NCBI GenBank assembly: GCA_035551055.1
Contig: DASZOA010000051.1
Coordinates: 1-25,613 of the forward strand
DNA from: Solirubrobacteraceae bacterium
GTDB taxonomy: Bacteria; Actinomycetota; Thermoleophilia; Solirubrobacterales; Solirubrobacteraceae
Direction of reading: 5' to 3'
DNA: 25,613 nucleotides
A program made the translations under genes and the position numbers. The notes under the pieces are model-generated. The model saw only the letters and a program-made list of their open reading frames with translations. It was not told the origin of the DNA and searched no databases. Numbering within the stretch: the stretch's first letter is position 1; each line of letters starts with the position of its first letter. Positions 16,448-24,291 of the stretch are shown here, piece after piece.

Positions 16448-16735
16448 TCAGCCGTCGTCGTCGCGCCCGCGCCCGCGGCCGCGGCCGCGGCCGGAATCGT
16501 CACCACCGCCGGGGCCGGACCGGTCGTCACGGTCCTCGTCCTCGCTTCCGGAGGCCGCGGCGACGAAGGCCGCCAGCGCCCCGATCTCGGACAGCCCGAC
16601 GATCTCGACCTCCGCGTAGCCGCGGTGATACAGCCGCGCATGCTGCGCGCCGGCGACGAGCACGGACACCGCCGCGAGCGCCAGCAGCGCGAACGCGACC
16701 GAGTCCAGCCGCACGGGCTCGAGCAGGCGGCGCAT
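16448..16735 (-). CDS. Small membrane protein with acidic/Gly/RG-repeat tail, 95 aa
   Basis: Two hydrophobic segments, then SGSEDEDRDDRSGPGGGDDSGRGRGRGRGRDDDG. A SigF-type promoter lies directly upstream. Confidence 0.6.
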   Translation of the reverse strand: MRRLLEPVRLDSVAFALLALAAVSVLVAGAQHARLYHRGYAEVEIVGLSEIGALAAFVAAASGSEDEDRDDRSGPGGGDDSGRGRGRGRGRDDDG

Positions 16736-16747
16736 TCGCCCGGGCGG

Positions 16748-16774
16748 CTACCCGCGCCGCGCGGGCCGGCAACC
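16748..16774 (-). promoter_or_regulatory. SigB/SigF-type promoter GGTTG-N16-GGGTAG
   Basis: Minus strand GGTTG ccggcccgcgcggcgc GGGTAG, 12 nt before ATG 16735. Close to the mycobacterial SigF consensus GGWWT-N16/17-GGGTAY. Confidence 0.5.
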
Positions 16775-16789
16775 GCACGCGCTCGCGGC

Positions 16790-17563
16790 CTACAGGCCGA
16801 GGGGATGGCGGACGACGTAGCCCTTCCCGGACCGCAGCTCGCGGTGCCAGCGCGGCCCCTTGCCCCCGCTGCCGGACGTATCCAGGCGCAGCCCCGCGAT
16901 CACGGCGTAGGCATGGCCGGCGTTGGCGTAGATCGTGATCCACCGGCCGGCGCCCTCGGCGCCGAACGTCGTCAACCCGGTCGAGTCGCGTGGGATGCGC
17001 AGCAGGCCGGCGCCGTGCAGCGCGTAGGAGACGGCGCCCGAGCAGTCATAGCCGCTGTCCTCGAACGAGCCGTGGCCGCCGCCGTAGCGGTAGGGCTTGT
17101 CGACGATCCGGTTGCCGGCGGCGATCGCGGCGTGCACCTGCGGCGGCGCGGCCGCCGGGGCCAGCGCGGTGCGACCGTCGGGCGCGAGCACCGCCGCGGC
17201 GCCGGCGACCGCCGCGGGCGCGGCGGGCGCCGCTGACGGCGCCGCCCCCCGCGCGGCGAGCGCTCGACGGCGCAGCCCGCGCGCCTGCATCCGCGACAGG
17301 ATCCCGTCGACCTTCATGCCGTGTTCGCGCTCGTAGCGCCGCAGCGCGAGCCGGGTCCGCCGGCCGAACTCGCCGTCGACGCGCGTCGCAAAGCCGGTCA
17401 GCGTCAACCAGCGCTGGAGCACGCGGACGTGGCGCCCGCTGCTGCCCTCGCGCAGCACGCGGTCGCCGAACGCGGCCGGCGCGCGCTCGGCGGGGACGAG
17501 CGCCAGTGCGCCGCTGGCGGCGATCGTGGCCGCGCACGCGCGCGACCGGCGTCGGTAACCCAC
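16790..17563 (-). CDS. Secreted peptidoglycan-binding domain + NlpC/P60-like cell-wall hydrolase, 257 aa
   Basis: PG_binding_1 motif LREGSSG..VR.LQ.WL...G....DG.FG..T..A...Y....G..VDG. Ala/Pro linker. Y.YGGGH.SF...GYDCSG.VS.AL (Cys) and NAGHAY (His). SD GGAGG 5 nt before the GTG. Confidence 0.88.
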   Translation of the reverse strand: MGYRRRSRACAATIAASGALALVPAERAPAAFGDRVLREGSSGRHVRVLQRWLTLTGFATRVDGEFGRRTRLALRRYEREHGMKVDGILSRMQARGLRRRALAARGAAPSAAPAAPAAVAGAAAVLAPDGRTALAPAAAPPQVHAAIAAGNRIVDKPYRYGGGHGSFEDSGYDCSGAVSYALHGAGLLRIPRDSTGLTTFGAEGAGRWITIYANAGHAYAVIAGLRLDTSGSGGKGPRWHRELRSGKGYVVRHPLGL

Positions 17564-17582
17564 TCGGTCCTCCCGTTTCCAC

Positions 17583-17720
17583 GGCCTCCGAGGTGAGCTG
17601 ACGGGCTCGCGCTGAAAACGTGCGCTACGCCGGATCCACCGGCGATTCGCCCCATGCGCCGCAAGCGACGCGTTGGTTCCCCCGGCCGCCCCCGCACTGG
17701 CGCGAGAGCGGTTCGGCCCT
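17583..17720 (-). ncRNA. c-di-AMP (ydaO/yuaA) riboswitch
   Basis: Minus strand reads ggccGAA...GGGGGAACCa...GGGGCGAATC-gccgg tggat ccggc-GTAG...GAGCCCGTCAGCTCACCTCGGAGGCC. All hallmark segments are in order, directly upstream of a cell-wall hydrolase, the usual context in Actinobacteria. Confidence 0.88.
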
Positions 17721-17783
17721 ACTCACCAAGGCTGACACCGCGCGCGGCGGGAAGTTGCGCTCGCCCGTGCCCGGCCGAGGACC

Positions 17784-17812
17784 CGCGGCGCGGGGCGCCG
17801 CCCCGCGCCGCG
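17784..17812 (-). terminator. Strong hairpin, probable intrinsic terminator after the M28 peptidase
   Basis: Perfect 13-bp inverted repeat cgcggcgcggggc-gcc-gccccgcgccgcg, 9 nt past the stop at 17822. It insulates the riboswitch unit. No U-tract. Confidence 0.55.
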
Positions 17813-17821
17813 CGCCGGCGC

Positions 17822-19411
17822 CTACTCGCTCACCGCGTCGTGGTCGTGGTCGACGTGCAGCCCGCCGCCGCCCGAGGTCGTCGCGCCGCTGCCGCTCACC
17901 GGCCCGGACGGGTTGACGAGCGGGCTCCTGCGGAGGTTGCGCTTGCCCAGCGTCAGCACCGCGTGGCCCGCCGCATCGCTCATCTCGTGCAGGCCCTGCA
18001 CGTTGATGTTGTCGTAGTCGTCGCATCGCAGGTGGTAGCACGGGTCGTACGGCTGACCGGCCGTACCGCCGTAGACCGCCGCCTCGGAGGCCGTCTTGAC
18101 GCCCTCCGCCCCCGTGAACAGTCCGCCTGCGGGGATCCCGACGCCCGGCGCGATGAACGGCCCGTAGTCCGAGCGCCCGCTGAACGGCGTCTCCGCCGAT
18201 GCGAGCCCCACCGAGCGGAAGTAGTCGTGGAAGACGCGCTCGATCTCGCCGGAGCCCGCCGGCCCCTGCGCGGCCCCCGGTCCGACCGGGAACGCCGAGT
18301 TGTCGCCGTCGTAGACGAAGCGCACGTAGTTCGGCGAGCCGATCATGTCGAAGTTCAGCATCGCCCGGATCCGGTCGCGCTCGGCCTGCGCGAGGTCCTC
18401 GACGTAGGCCGTCGATCCCAGCAGCCCGAACTCCTCGGCGCTGAACCACATGAAGCGCAGCTTGTTGCGCGGATCGATGCCGCGCGCGCTCAGGATCTCG
18501 GCGATCTCGAGGATCGCCGCCGATCCCGAGCCGTTGTCCTGGATGCCGCCGCCGCGCGGGACGGAGTCCAGGTGCGCACCGACGACGACGACGTGGTCCG
18601 GGTCCCCGCCCGGCGTCTCGGCGATGATGTTGCGCGTCGTGCGGACCTCCGCGACGCGGTCGACGCGCACCGTCGCCGTCGAGCCGGTCGCGCCGCTCGC
18701 GACGCCGTTGGCGAGATCCTGGCCGACGGCGAGCGACATCCCGAGCGCCGGGCCGTGGGTGCCGGCCCCGAGCGTGCCGTTGATGACGCCGTGGCGGCCG
18801 GCGTCACCGCCGTCGTTGAAGATCAGCGCCGCCGCCGCGCCCGCATCGCGGGCGTTGTCGGCCTTCTGGCCGAACGTGCACGTGCCGCGCTGCATGAGCG
18901 CGATCGACCCGGCCGGCATCCCGGCGAAGTCGGCCGGCTCGCATCCCGACGTCGTGTCGCCCGCCGCCGGGGCCTGCGGGAGCACGAGGTCGACCGCCCA
19001 GACCGGTGCCGTCGTGGCCTCGATCGAGCCCGAGAACGTCATCGACGAGTAGTCGACGCCGTCCACGTACGTCGTGGCGGTCGGCGCCTCCTGGCGCAGC
19101 GTCGGAGGCGTGCGGTCGGCGTTGTAGAGGAAGTCGAAGAAGTGGTCCGAGACCGCGTAGCCCGCCGCCTGCGCCCTGCCCTTCACATACGCCGCCGAGG
19201 CCTCGAATCCGGGGCTGCCGCCGGTGCGGTTGCCGCCGTTGAGATCGGTGTGCGTCTGGAACGCCGCCTGATGCTCGCGCACGCCCTCGACGGTGAGCGC
19301 CTTGCGCAGGCCCTGACTCTCGTGGATCTCGTCGGCGCCGGCTGCCGGCGCGGCGACCGCCGCCGCCGCCAGGCCGAGCGCGAGCACCCTCCCTACCTCC
19401 CGAATCCGCAT
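17822..19411 (-). CDS. Secreted M28-family aminopeptidase with PA domain, 529 aa
   Basis: Signal peptide, GGNR..GSPG...S..YV, PA insert (GC...DF, IAL.QRG.C.F..K...A), GAHLDSV, DNGSG, AEEFG, NFDMIGSPN, RSDY.PF, CYH..CD...N. Confidence 0.92.
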   Translation of the reverse strand: MRIREVGRVLALGLAAAAVAAPAAGADEIHESQGLRKALTVEGVREHQAAFQTHTDLNGGNRTGGSPGFEASAAYVKGRAQAAGYAVSDHFFDFLYNADRTPPTLRQEAPTATTYVDGVDYSSMTFSGSIEATTAPVWAVDLVLPQAPAAGDTTSGCEPADFAGMPAGSIALMQRGTCTFGQKADNARDAGAAAALIFNDGGDAGRHGVINGTLGAGTHGPALGMSLAVGQDLANGVASGATGSTATVRVDRVAEVRTTRNIIAETPGGDPDHVVVVGAHLDSVPRGGGIQDNGSGSAAILEIAEILSARGIDPRNKLRFMWFSAEEFGLLGSTAYVEDLAQAERDRIRAMLNFDMIGSPNYVRFVYDGDNSAFPVGPGAAQGPAGSGEIERVFHDYFRSVGLASAETPFSGRSDYGPFIAPGVGIPAGGLFTGAEGVKTASEAAVYGGTAGQPYDPCYHLRCDDYDNINVQGLHEMSDAAGHAVLTLGKRNLRRSPLVNPSGPVSGSGATTSGGGGLHVDHDHDAVSE

Positions 19412-19470
19412 GCGCGGTTCCCCCTGTTCGTTCTGTGCTCCGGGCCCTCGTCGACCCGGCGAGTGGGCGC

Positions 19471-19499
19471 ACGCTACGCCGACTCGCGCACGCGATCAA
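19471..19499 (-). promoter_or_regulatory. Housekeeping-sigma promoter TTGATC-N17-TAGCGT
   Basis: Well-spaced -35/-10 about 60 nt upstream of the M28 ATG. A purine-rich SD (AGGGGGAA) precedes the ATG. Confidence 0.45.
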
Positions 19500-19585
19500 C
19501 TCCCGAACGCCGGCGGCTGTTCGAGCGCGCCGCCGCCTGCGGACGCCGCGCCGGACGCGAGCGCCTGCGACCGGTCGCGGCGCCC

Positions 19586-21760
19586 TCAGCCGAACAGGCC
19601 GCGCACCCGGATCGACACCGGCGCGCTCGTCGTCACCGCCCCGGCGTTGTCGGTCGCCCGCGCCCGCAGCACGTGCGTGCCGGAGGGCGCAAAGCGCCAG
19701 ACGTAGGAGTACGGCGCCGTCGTGTCCTCGCCGAGCTTGGTCGCGCCGTCGGAGCGGAAGAACTCGACCCTGGAGATCGTGCCGTCGCTGTCGCTCGCCG
19801 AGGCGTTGATCGTGATCGTCGCCAGGAAGCCGAACACCGCGCCGTCGGCCGGCGACGTGATCGTCACGCTCGGCGGCGCGTTGGGCGCCCGCACCGTGAT
19901 GCTCACCGCGGCGCTCGTCGCCGTGGTGCCGGCGGTGTCGGTCGCGCGCGCGGTGAGCGAGTAGCTGCCCGCGCCGACGCCCGTCCAGGCGTGCGTGTAG
20001 GGCGCGCTCGTGTCCTCGCCGAGCTTCGTGGCGCCGTTGAAGAACTCGACCTTCGCGACGCCGCGGTCGTCGCTCGCGCTGGCGGCGATATTCACCGTCG
20101 CGGGGGCGGTGAATGTCGCGCCCGCGGCGGGCTGCGTGATGCTCACCGACGGGGGCTCGTCGGGGATCGGGACGGTCACCATCCGCGCCACCGACGGCAC
20201 GCCGGCGGCGTCGACGACGAACAGCATGTACGGCCCGGGCGGCGCGACGTTCGCGTTCGCCGGTCCGGACACCGTCAGCGTCTCCGCGCCCGCCGTGAAC
20301 GACAGCGGCACGTAGCGCTGGTCCATGTCGACGGAATGCGTCACGGCGCCGAGGCGAACGAGCCCGACCTTGCGAATCGAGGCGGCGTCGGGGGTCCCCA
20401 CCGAGAACGAGCCACCGTGCGGCACGGTCGCCGGCGCGCTGGTGACCGCGGGCCGCGTCGCGAGCTGTCCCGAGCCGTCCTTCTCATAGAGGTAGGGCGG
20501 GGTGAAGACCTCGGCGTTCTTGGCGAGGTAGCCGACCTGGTCGCACGTGCCGCAGATGCCGCCGCCCGACGACAGCACGCGCCCGTCGGGCAGCAGCAGC
20601 GCGGTCGAGTGGTACTGGCGGGTGACGCGCTGGGCGGCGAGCGTCTTCCACTGGCCGGTCGCCGGGTTCCACAGCTCGGCCGCGTAGACGCCGTTGTTCA
20701 AGTCGACGAGCGCGGCGCCGGAGGAGTTGCCGCCGGTCGCGAGCGCGCTGCCGTCGGCGAGCAGCGTCAGGTTGTTCTGGCGGCGCCCATGTGCCATCGA
20801 GCCGGTCTGGGTCACCGCCGGAGTGGCGCCGTTGACGTCGATCACGCGGGCGTCCCTGACCGAGCTGCCGCCGCCGGCGACGAGGATCTTGCCGACGTCG
20901 ACCATCGCGTGGCCGCCGTAGTCGCGGTTGATCGGGTCGCGCTGGGCGTAGCTCTGCCACGAGCCGGTGCCGTCCGGGTTGAGCTTGCGCATCGTCTGAT
21001 CCGGACCGGAGTAGAACGCGCGCCCGTCGGGCGCGACGTCGAGCCACGGATACAGCGGCAGGTTCAGCGCCGCGCCGCTGAGCGTCCGCATGGTGCCGTC
21101 CGTGCGCCGCACCTCGGGCGTGTCCGGACCGCCCTCGGTGATGAGCAGCTCGCCGTTGCGCAGCCCGGTGACGGTCGGATACCAGCGCTCGTAGGCCATG
21201 TCGGCGCCGCGCGTCCAGCCGTTCGTCGACGGATCGAAGACGTGGGTCTGGCGGATTCCGTTCAGGAACTGGTCCTTGTTGCCGCCGGCGAGGAAGACGG
21301 AGCCGTCGAGCAGGTGCGCGAGGCCGCTGCAGAAGACGTTGAAGCCGGTGTTCACGCGAACGTCGGTCTGCGCGCCGGTCGCCGGGTCCCAGACGGTCGC
21401 CCGCGTGTGGTCGTGCACGCCGGAGCTCTCGGTCGAGCTGTCGCCGATCGAGTCGTAGGCGAGCACCCTGCCGTTGGGCAGCAGCGCGACGTGGATCCCG
21501 ACGACGGGCCAGTCGACCGGCGCCGACCACGACCCGACCTCGCCCTCGGTGCCGGTCACCGAGGCCGCCGCGGCGGTGGCATCGGCGGCCGTCGCGGCGT
21601 CGGTCCGGCGCGCCAGCGCGCGCTCCTGCTGCTGCGTCTTGCGCGGGGCGGCGTCGTCGCGCGCGTGGTCCTCGGGCGTCCCGTCGGCGACGGCGGCGCC
21701 GGGCGCGATCAGCGCGACGAGGGCGGCGGCGGTTGCGGCGAGTGCGGCGGGCGCACGCAT
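19586..21760 (-). CDS. Secreted copper-radical oxidase (galactose/glyoxal oxidase, GlxA-like; kelch + DUF1929) with two C-terminal bacterial Ig-like domains, 724 aa
   Basis: FCSG (Cys), RWYPT (Tyr), RQYHS (Tyr-His), LLPDGRV...GG, THS (His) followed by Q.Y.PL and P......PPG.YMLF. Two P.V.IT.PA.GA.F...VEFF....KLGEDT.APY repeats. Confidence 0.88.
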   Translation of the reverse strand: MRAPAALAATAAALVALIAPGAAVADGTPEDHARDDAAPRKTQQQERALARRTDAATAADATAAAASVTGTEGEVGSWSAPVDWPVVGIHVALLPNGRVLAYDSIGDSSTESSGVHDHTRATVWDPATGAQTDVRVNTGFNVFCSGLAHLLDGSVFLAGGNKDQFLNGIRQTHVFDPSTNGWTRGADMAYERWYPTVTGLRNGELLITEGGPDTPEVRRTDGTMRTLSGAALNLPLYPWLDVAPDGRAFYSGPDQTMRKLNPDGTGSWQSYAQRDPINRDYGGHAMVDVGKILVAGGGSSVRDARVIDVNGATPAVTQTGSMAHGRRQNNLTLLADGSALATGGNSSGAALVDLNNGVYAAELWNPATGQWKTLAAQRVTRQYHSTALLLPDGRVLSSGGGICGTCDQVGYLAKNAEVFTPPYLYEKDGSGQLATRPAVTSAPATVPHGGSFSVGTPDAASIRKVGLVRLGAVTHSVDMDQRYVPLSFTAGAETLTVSGPANANVAPPGPYMLFVVDAAGVPSVARMVTVPIPDEPPSVSITQPAAGATFTAPATVNIAASASDDRGVAKVEFFNGATKLGEDTSAPYTHAWTGVGAGSYSLTARATDTAGTTATSAAVSITVRAPNAPPSVTITSPADGAVFGFLATITINASASDSDGTISRVEFFRSDGATKLGEDTTAPYSYVWRFAPSGTHVLRARATDNAGAVTTSAPVSIRVRGLFG
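19595..20160 (-). repeat. Tandem intragenic duplication encoding two Ig-like (Big) domains, period 288 nt
   Basis: cgtgtcctcgccgagctt occurs at 19721 and 20009 (offset 288 nt = 96 aa), and gaagaactcgacc follows in both units. Boundaries are approximate. Confidence 0.75.
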
Positions 21761-21838
21761 GAGGTCCCCTGACGTCGGCGATGGTCGAGCGAACGCGAGC
21801 GTACGCGCGCCAACTCGGGCCGCAACAGGGCGAATGGT

Positions 21839-22783
21839 CTAGGTGTCGCTCGACCCCACCGGCGCGAGCCGCTGGCCGGCGGCCTCGGCGAGCAGCCGCA
21901 GCATCGGCGCCACCGCCGGCACGCGGCGGTTGCGCAGCCACACCGCGAAGACCGTGCGGTGCTCGTCGACGCCGGCCGGCAGCGGGCGCACCGCGACGTC
22001 GGAGCGCGGCACGGGCATCGTCAGCTCCGGCATCACGGCGATGCACAGCCCGGCGGACACGAGCGCACGCCCGACGGTCACGTCGCGCACGACATAGGCG
22101 ATGTCGGGCTCGAAGCCGCCGCCGCCGCAGACGCGCTCGAGCATCTCGTGGTAGACCAGCCCCAGCCCCTCGCGGACCGGGGCGCTGAAGCGCTCGGCCG
22201 CAAGGTCGGCGGCGTGGATGCGGCGCGTTCGCGCCAGCCGATGCGCGGACGGGAGCACGAGGCGGTACGGATCGTCGCCGAGGTGCCGCCAGCCGAGGCT
22301 CGCGTCAGCGCCGGGCGGCGCGGTCGCGGGCTCGTTGGAGTAGACGACGGCGAGATCGAGGTCGCCGGCGCGCAGCCGCCGCAGCGCGTCCTCGGTCTCG
22401 ACCTGCTCGACGCGCACCTCGACGGCGGGCGCGTCGCGCTCGAAGCGCGCGAGCGCCGGCGGCACGAACGACGTGCACGCCGTCAGGAACGCGCCCACGC
22501 GCAGCGTGCCGGTCTGCAGGCCGGCGAGCGCGCGCAGCTCGTCCTCGGCCTGCGCGACGGCGCCGAGCACGGCGACGGCGTGCCCGCGGAGCCGCTCGCC
22601 GGCCGGCGTCAGCCGCACCGGCCGCGTGCTGCGGTCGACGAGCGAGAGGCCGAACTCGTCCTCGAGCGCGGCGACGTGATGGGAGACGACCGACTGCGCG
22701 TAGCCGAGGTCGAGTGCGGCGGCGGAGAACGAGCGCCGCTCGGCGACCGCGTGGAAGGCCCGCAGGCGACGCAGGTCGTACAT
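21839..22783 (-). CDS. LysR-family transcriptional regulator, 314 aa
   Basis: HTH L..F.AVAE..SFS.AA..LGY.QS.VS..V..LE...G..L..R..R.V.LT.AG, then a substrate-binding domain with LR.G.LDLA. Confidence 0.95.
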   Translation of the reverse strand: MYDLRRLRAFHAVAERRSFSAAALDLGYAQSVVSHHVAALEDEFGLSLVDRSTRPVRLTPAGERLRGHAVAVLGAVAQAEDELRALAGLQTGTLRVGAFLTACTSFVPPALARFERDAPAVEVRVEQVETEDALRRLRAGDLDLAVVYSNEPATAPPGADASLGWRHLGDDPYRLVLPSAHRLARTRRIHAADLAAERFSAPVREGLGLVYHEMLERVCGGGGFEPDIAYVVRDVTVGRALVSAGLCIAVMPELTMPVPRSDVAVRPLPAGVDEHRTVFAVWLRNRRVPAVAPMLRLLAEAAGQRLAPVGSSDT

Positions 22784-22796
22784 CGATGATCACGAT
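22782..22796. promoter_or_regulatory. LysR recognition box ATCG-N7-CGAT (T-N11-A)
   Basis: Perfect dyad ATCG atgatca CGAT overlapping the lysR start codon, in the divergent intergenic region. This is the classic LTTR arrangement. Confidence 0.6.
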
Positions 22797-22877
22797 ATTA
22801 GCTGCGACGACTTCTGTTGCTTCGATGCGCCGCGGCCGGGAGGGTGCCCCCTGCCCCCGAAATCGAGGAGCTTTCAG

Positions 22878-24257
22878 ATGTCGATCACCACCCGCCCGCA
22901 CATCAACGACTTCGCCGGAACGATCCTCGTCGCCGGCGACCCCGGCTACGACGACGCGCGCGCGGTGTTCAACGGCGCGATCGACCGCCGTCCGGCGCTC
23001 ATCGCGCAGGTCTCCGACGCGCGCGACGTCGCCGCCGCGCTGCGCCACGCCCAGGACGAGGGGCTGCCGGTGGCGATCCGCTGCGGCGGCCACTCGGGCG
23101 CCGGCTTCGGCGTCATCGACGACGGGCTGGTGGTCGACGTGCGCGCGCTCAAGCGCGTCGAGGTCGATCTCGCGCGGCGCACCGTGCGCGCCGGCGCAGG
23201 GCTGACGTGGGGCGAGCTCGACGCGGCGACGCAGGCGCACGGGCTCGCCGTGACGGGCGGCCGGGTCTCGTCGACCGGCGTCGCGGGGCTCACGCTCGGC
23301 TCGGGCTCAGGCTGGCTGGAGCGCAAGCTCGGCCTGACCGCCGACAACCTGGTCGGCGCGACCGTGGTCAGCGCCGACGGCGACATCGTGCGCGCCGACG
23401 CCGGCCAGCACCCGGACCTCTTCTGGGCGCTGCGTGGGGGCGGCGGGAACTTCGGCGTCGTCACGGAGCTCGAGCTCGCGCTGCATCCGGTCGGGCCGAC
23501 GATCGTCGGCGGCATGCTGCTGTTCGAATGGGAGCGCGCGTCCGAGGTCGTCGCGGCCTACCGCGACATCATGGCGTCGGCGCCCGACGAGCTCGGCGGC
23601 TGCGTCTCGCTGCAGCTCGCGCCGCCGGCGCCGTTCGTGCCCGCCGAGCTCGTCGGCCGGCCGGTCGTCGGCATCGTCGTCGCGGCCTTCGCCTCGGGCG
23701 CCGAGGCCGAGCGCCTGGTGGCGCCGCTGCGCGCGCTCGCGCCGGCGGTCGACGCGGTCGCGCCGATGCCCTACGTCGCGCTGCAGTCGATGATCGACGA
23801 CGCCAATCCGCACGGGATGCAGAACCACTGGAAGGCGGCGTTCCTCGAGGATCTCAGCGACGCGGCGATCGGCGACGCGCTCGAGGTCGCCGCCGAGATC
23901 CCGTCGCCGCTGACCGTCGTGCTCCTGCAGCCGCTGGCCGGCGCGTACGGGCGCGTCGACGAGCACGCCACCGCGCTGTCGCACCGCAGCGCGCGCTGGG
24001 CCTACCACGCGCTGTCGCTGTGGCCCGACCCGGCGGACACCCAGGTCAACCGCGCCTGGACGACGCGCTTCGCCGACACGATGGCCGCCTACGGCGACGG
24101 CCGCGCGCATCCCAACCACGTCTCGGACCCGGCGGGCGCGCGGGTGCGCTCGTTCTACGGCGCCGCCACCTACGAGCGCCTCGTCGCGGTCAAGGATCGC
24201 TGGGATCCGCGCAACGTCTTCGCCGCCAACCAGAACATCCGCCCGAGCGGCAGCTGA
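22878..24257 (+). CDS. FAD-linked oxidase, BBE/6-hydroxy-D-nicotine oxidase-like, 459 aa
   Basis: R.GGHS covalent-FAD His motif, GVAGLTLG.G.GWL.RK.GL..DN, DLFWALRGGGGNFGVVT, C-terminal BBE Y.RL..VK..WDP.N.F. SD GAGGAG at 22865. Confidence 0.93.
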   Translation: MSITTRPHINDFAGTILVAGDPGYDDARAVFNGAIDRRPALIAQVSDARDVAAALRHAQDEGLPVAIRCGGHSGAGFGVIDDGLVVDVRALKRVEVDLARRTVRAGAGLTWGELDAATQAHGLAVTGGRVSSTGVAGLTLGSGSGWLERKLGLTADNLVGATVVSADGDIVRADAGQHPDLFWALRGGGGNFGVVTELELALHPVGPTIVGGMLLFEWERASEVVAAYRDIMASAPDELGGCVSLQLAPPAPFVPAELVGRPVVGIVVAAFASGAEAERLVAPLRALAPAVDAVAPMPYVALQSMIDDANPHGMQNHWKAAFLEDLSDAAIGDALEVAAEIPSPLTVVLLQPLAGAYGRVDEHATALSHRSARWAYHALSLWPDPADTQVNRAWTTRFADTMAAYGDGRAHPNHVSDPAGARVRSFYGAATYERLVAVKDRWDPRNVFAANQNIRPSGS

Positions 24258-24291
24258 GCGCGGGACGGGGGTCGGGCGGCGGTGCGCCCGC

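Noticed and set aside
16381-16641. N-terminal extension of the alpha/beta hydrolase given in the ORF track (start 16641)
   Set aside because: It overlaps the better-supported 95-aa ORF in another frame. A clear signal peptide begins at ATG 16380.
19405-19425. GGGGGAACC (minus strand) upstream of the M28 peptidase, resembling part of the ydaO motif
   Set aside because: None of the other riboswitch segments are present. It serves as the SD region.
17654-21772. 1372-aa plus-strand ORF
   Set aside because: Antisense shadow of the M28 peptidase and oxidase genes. It is Arg/Ala/Val-rich with no motifs, as expected from GC3 bias on the opposite strand.
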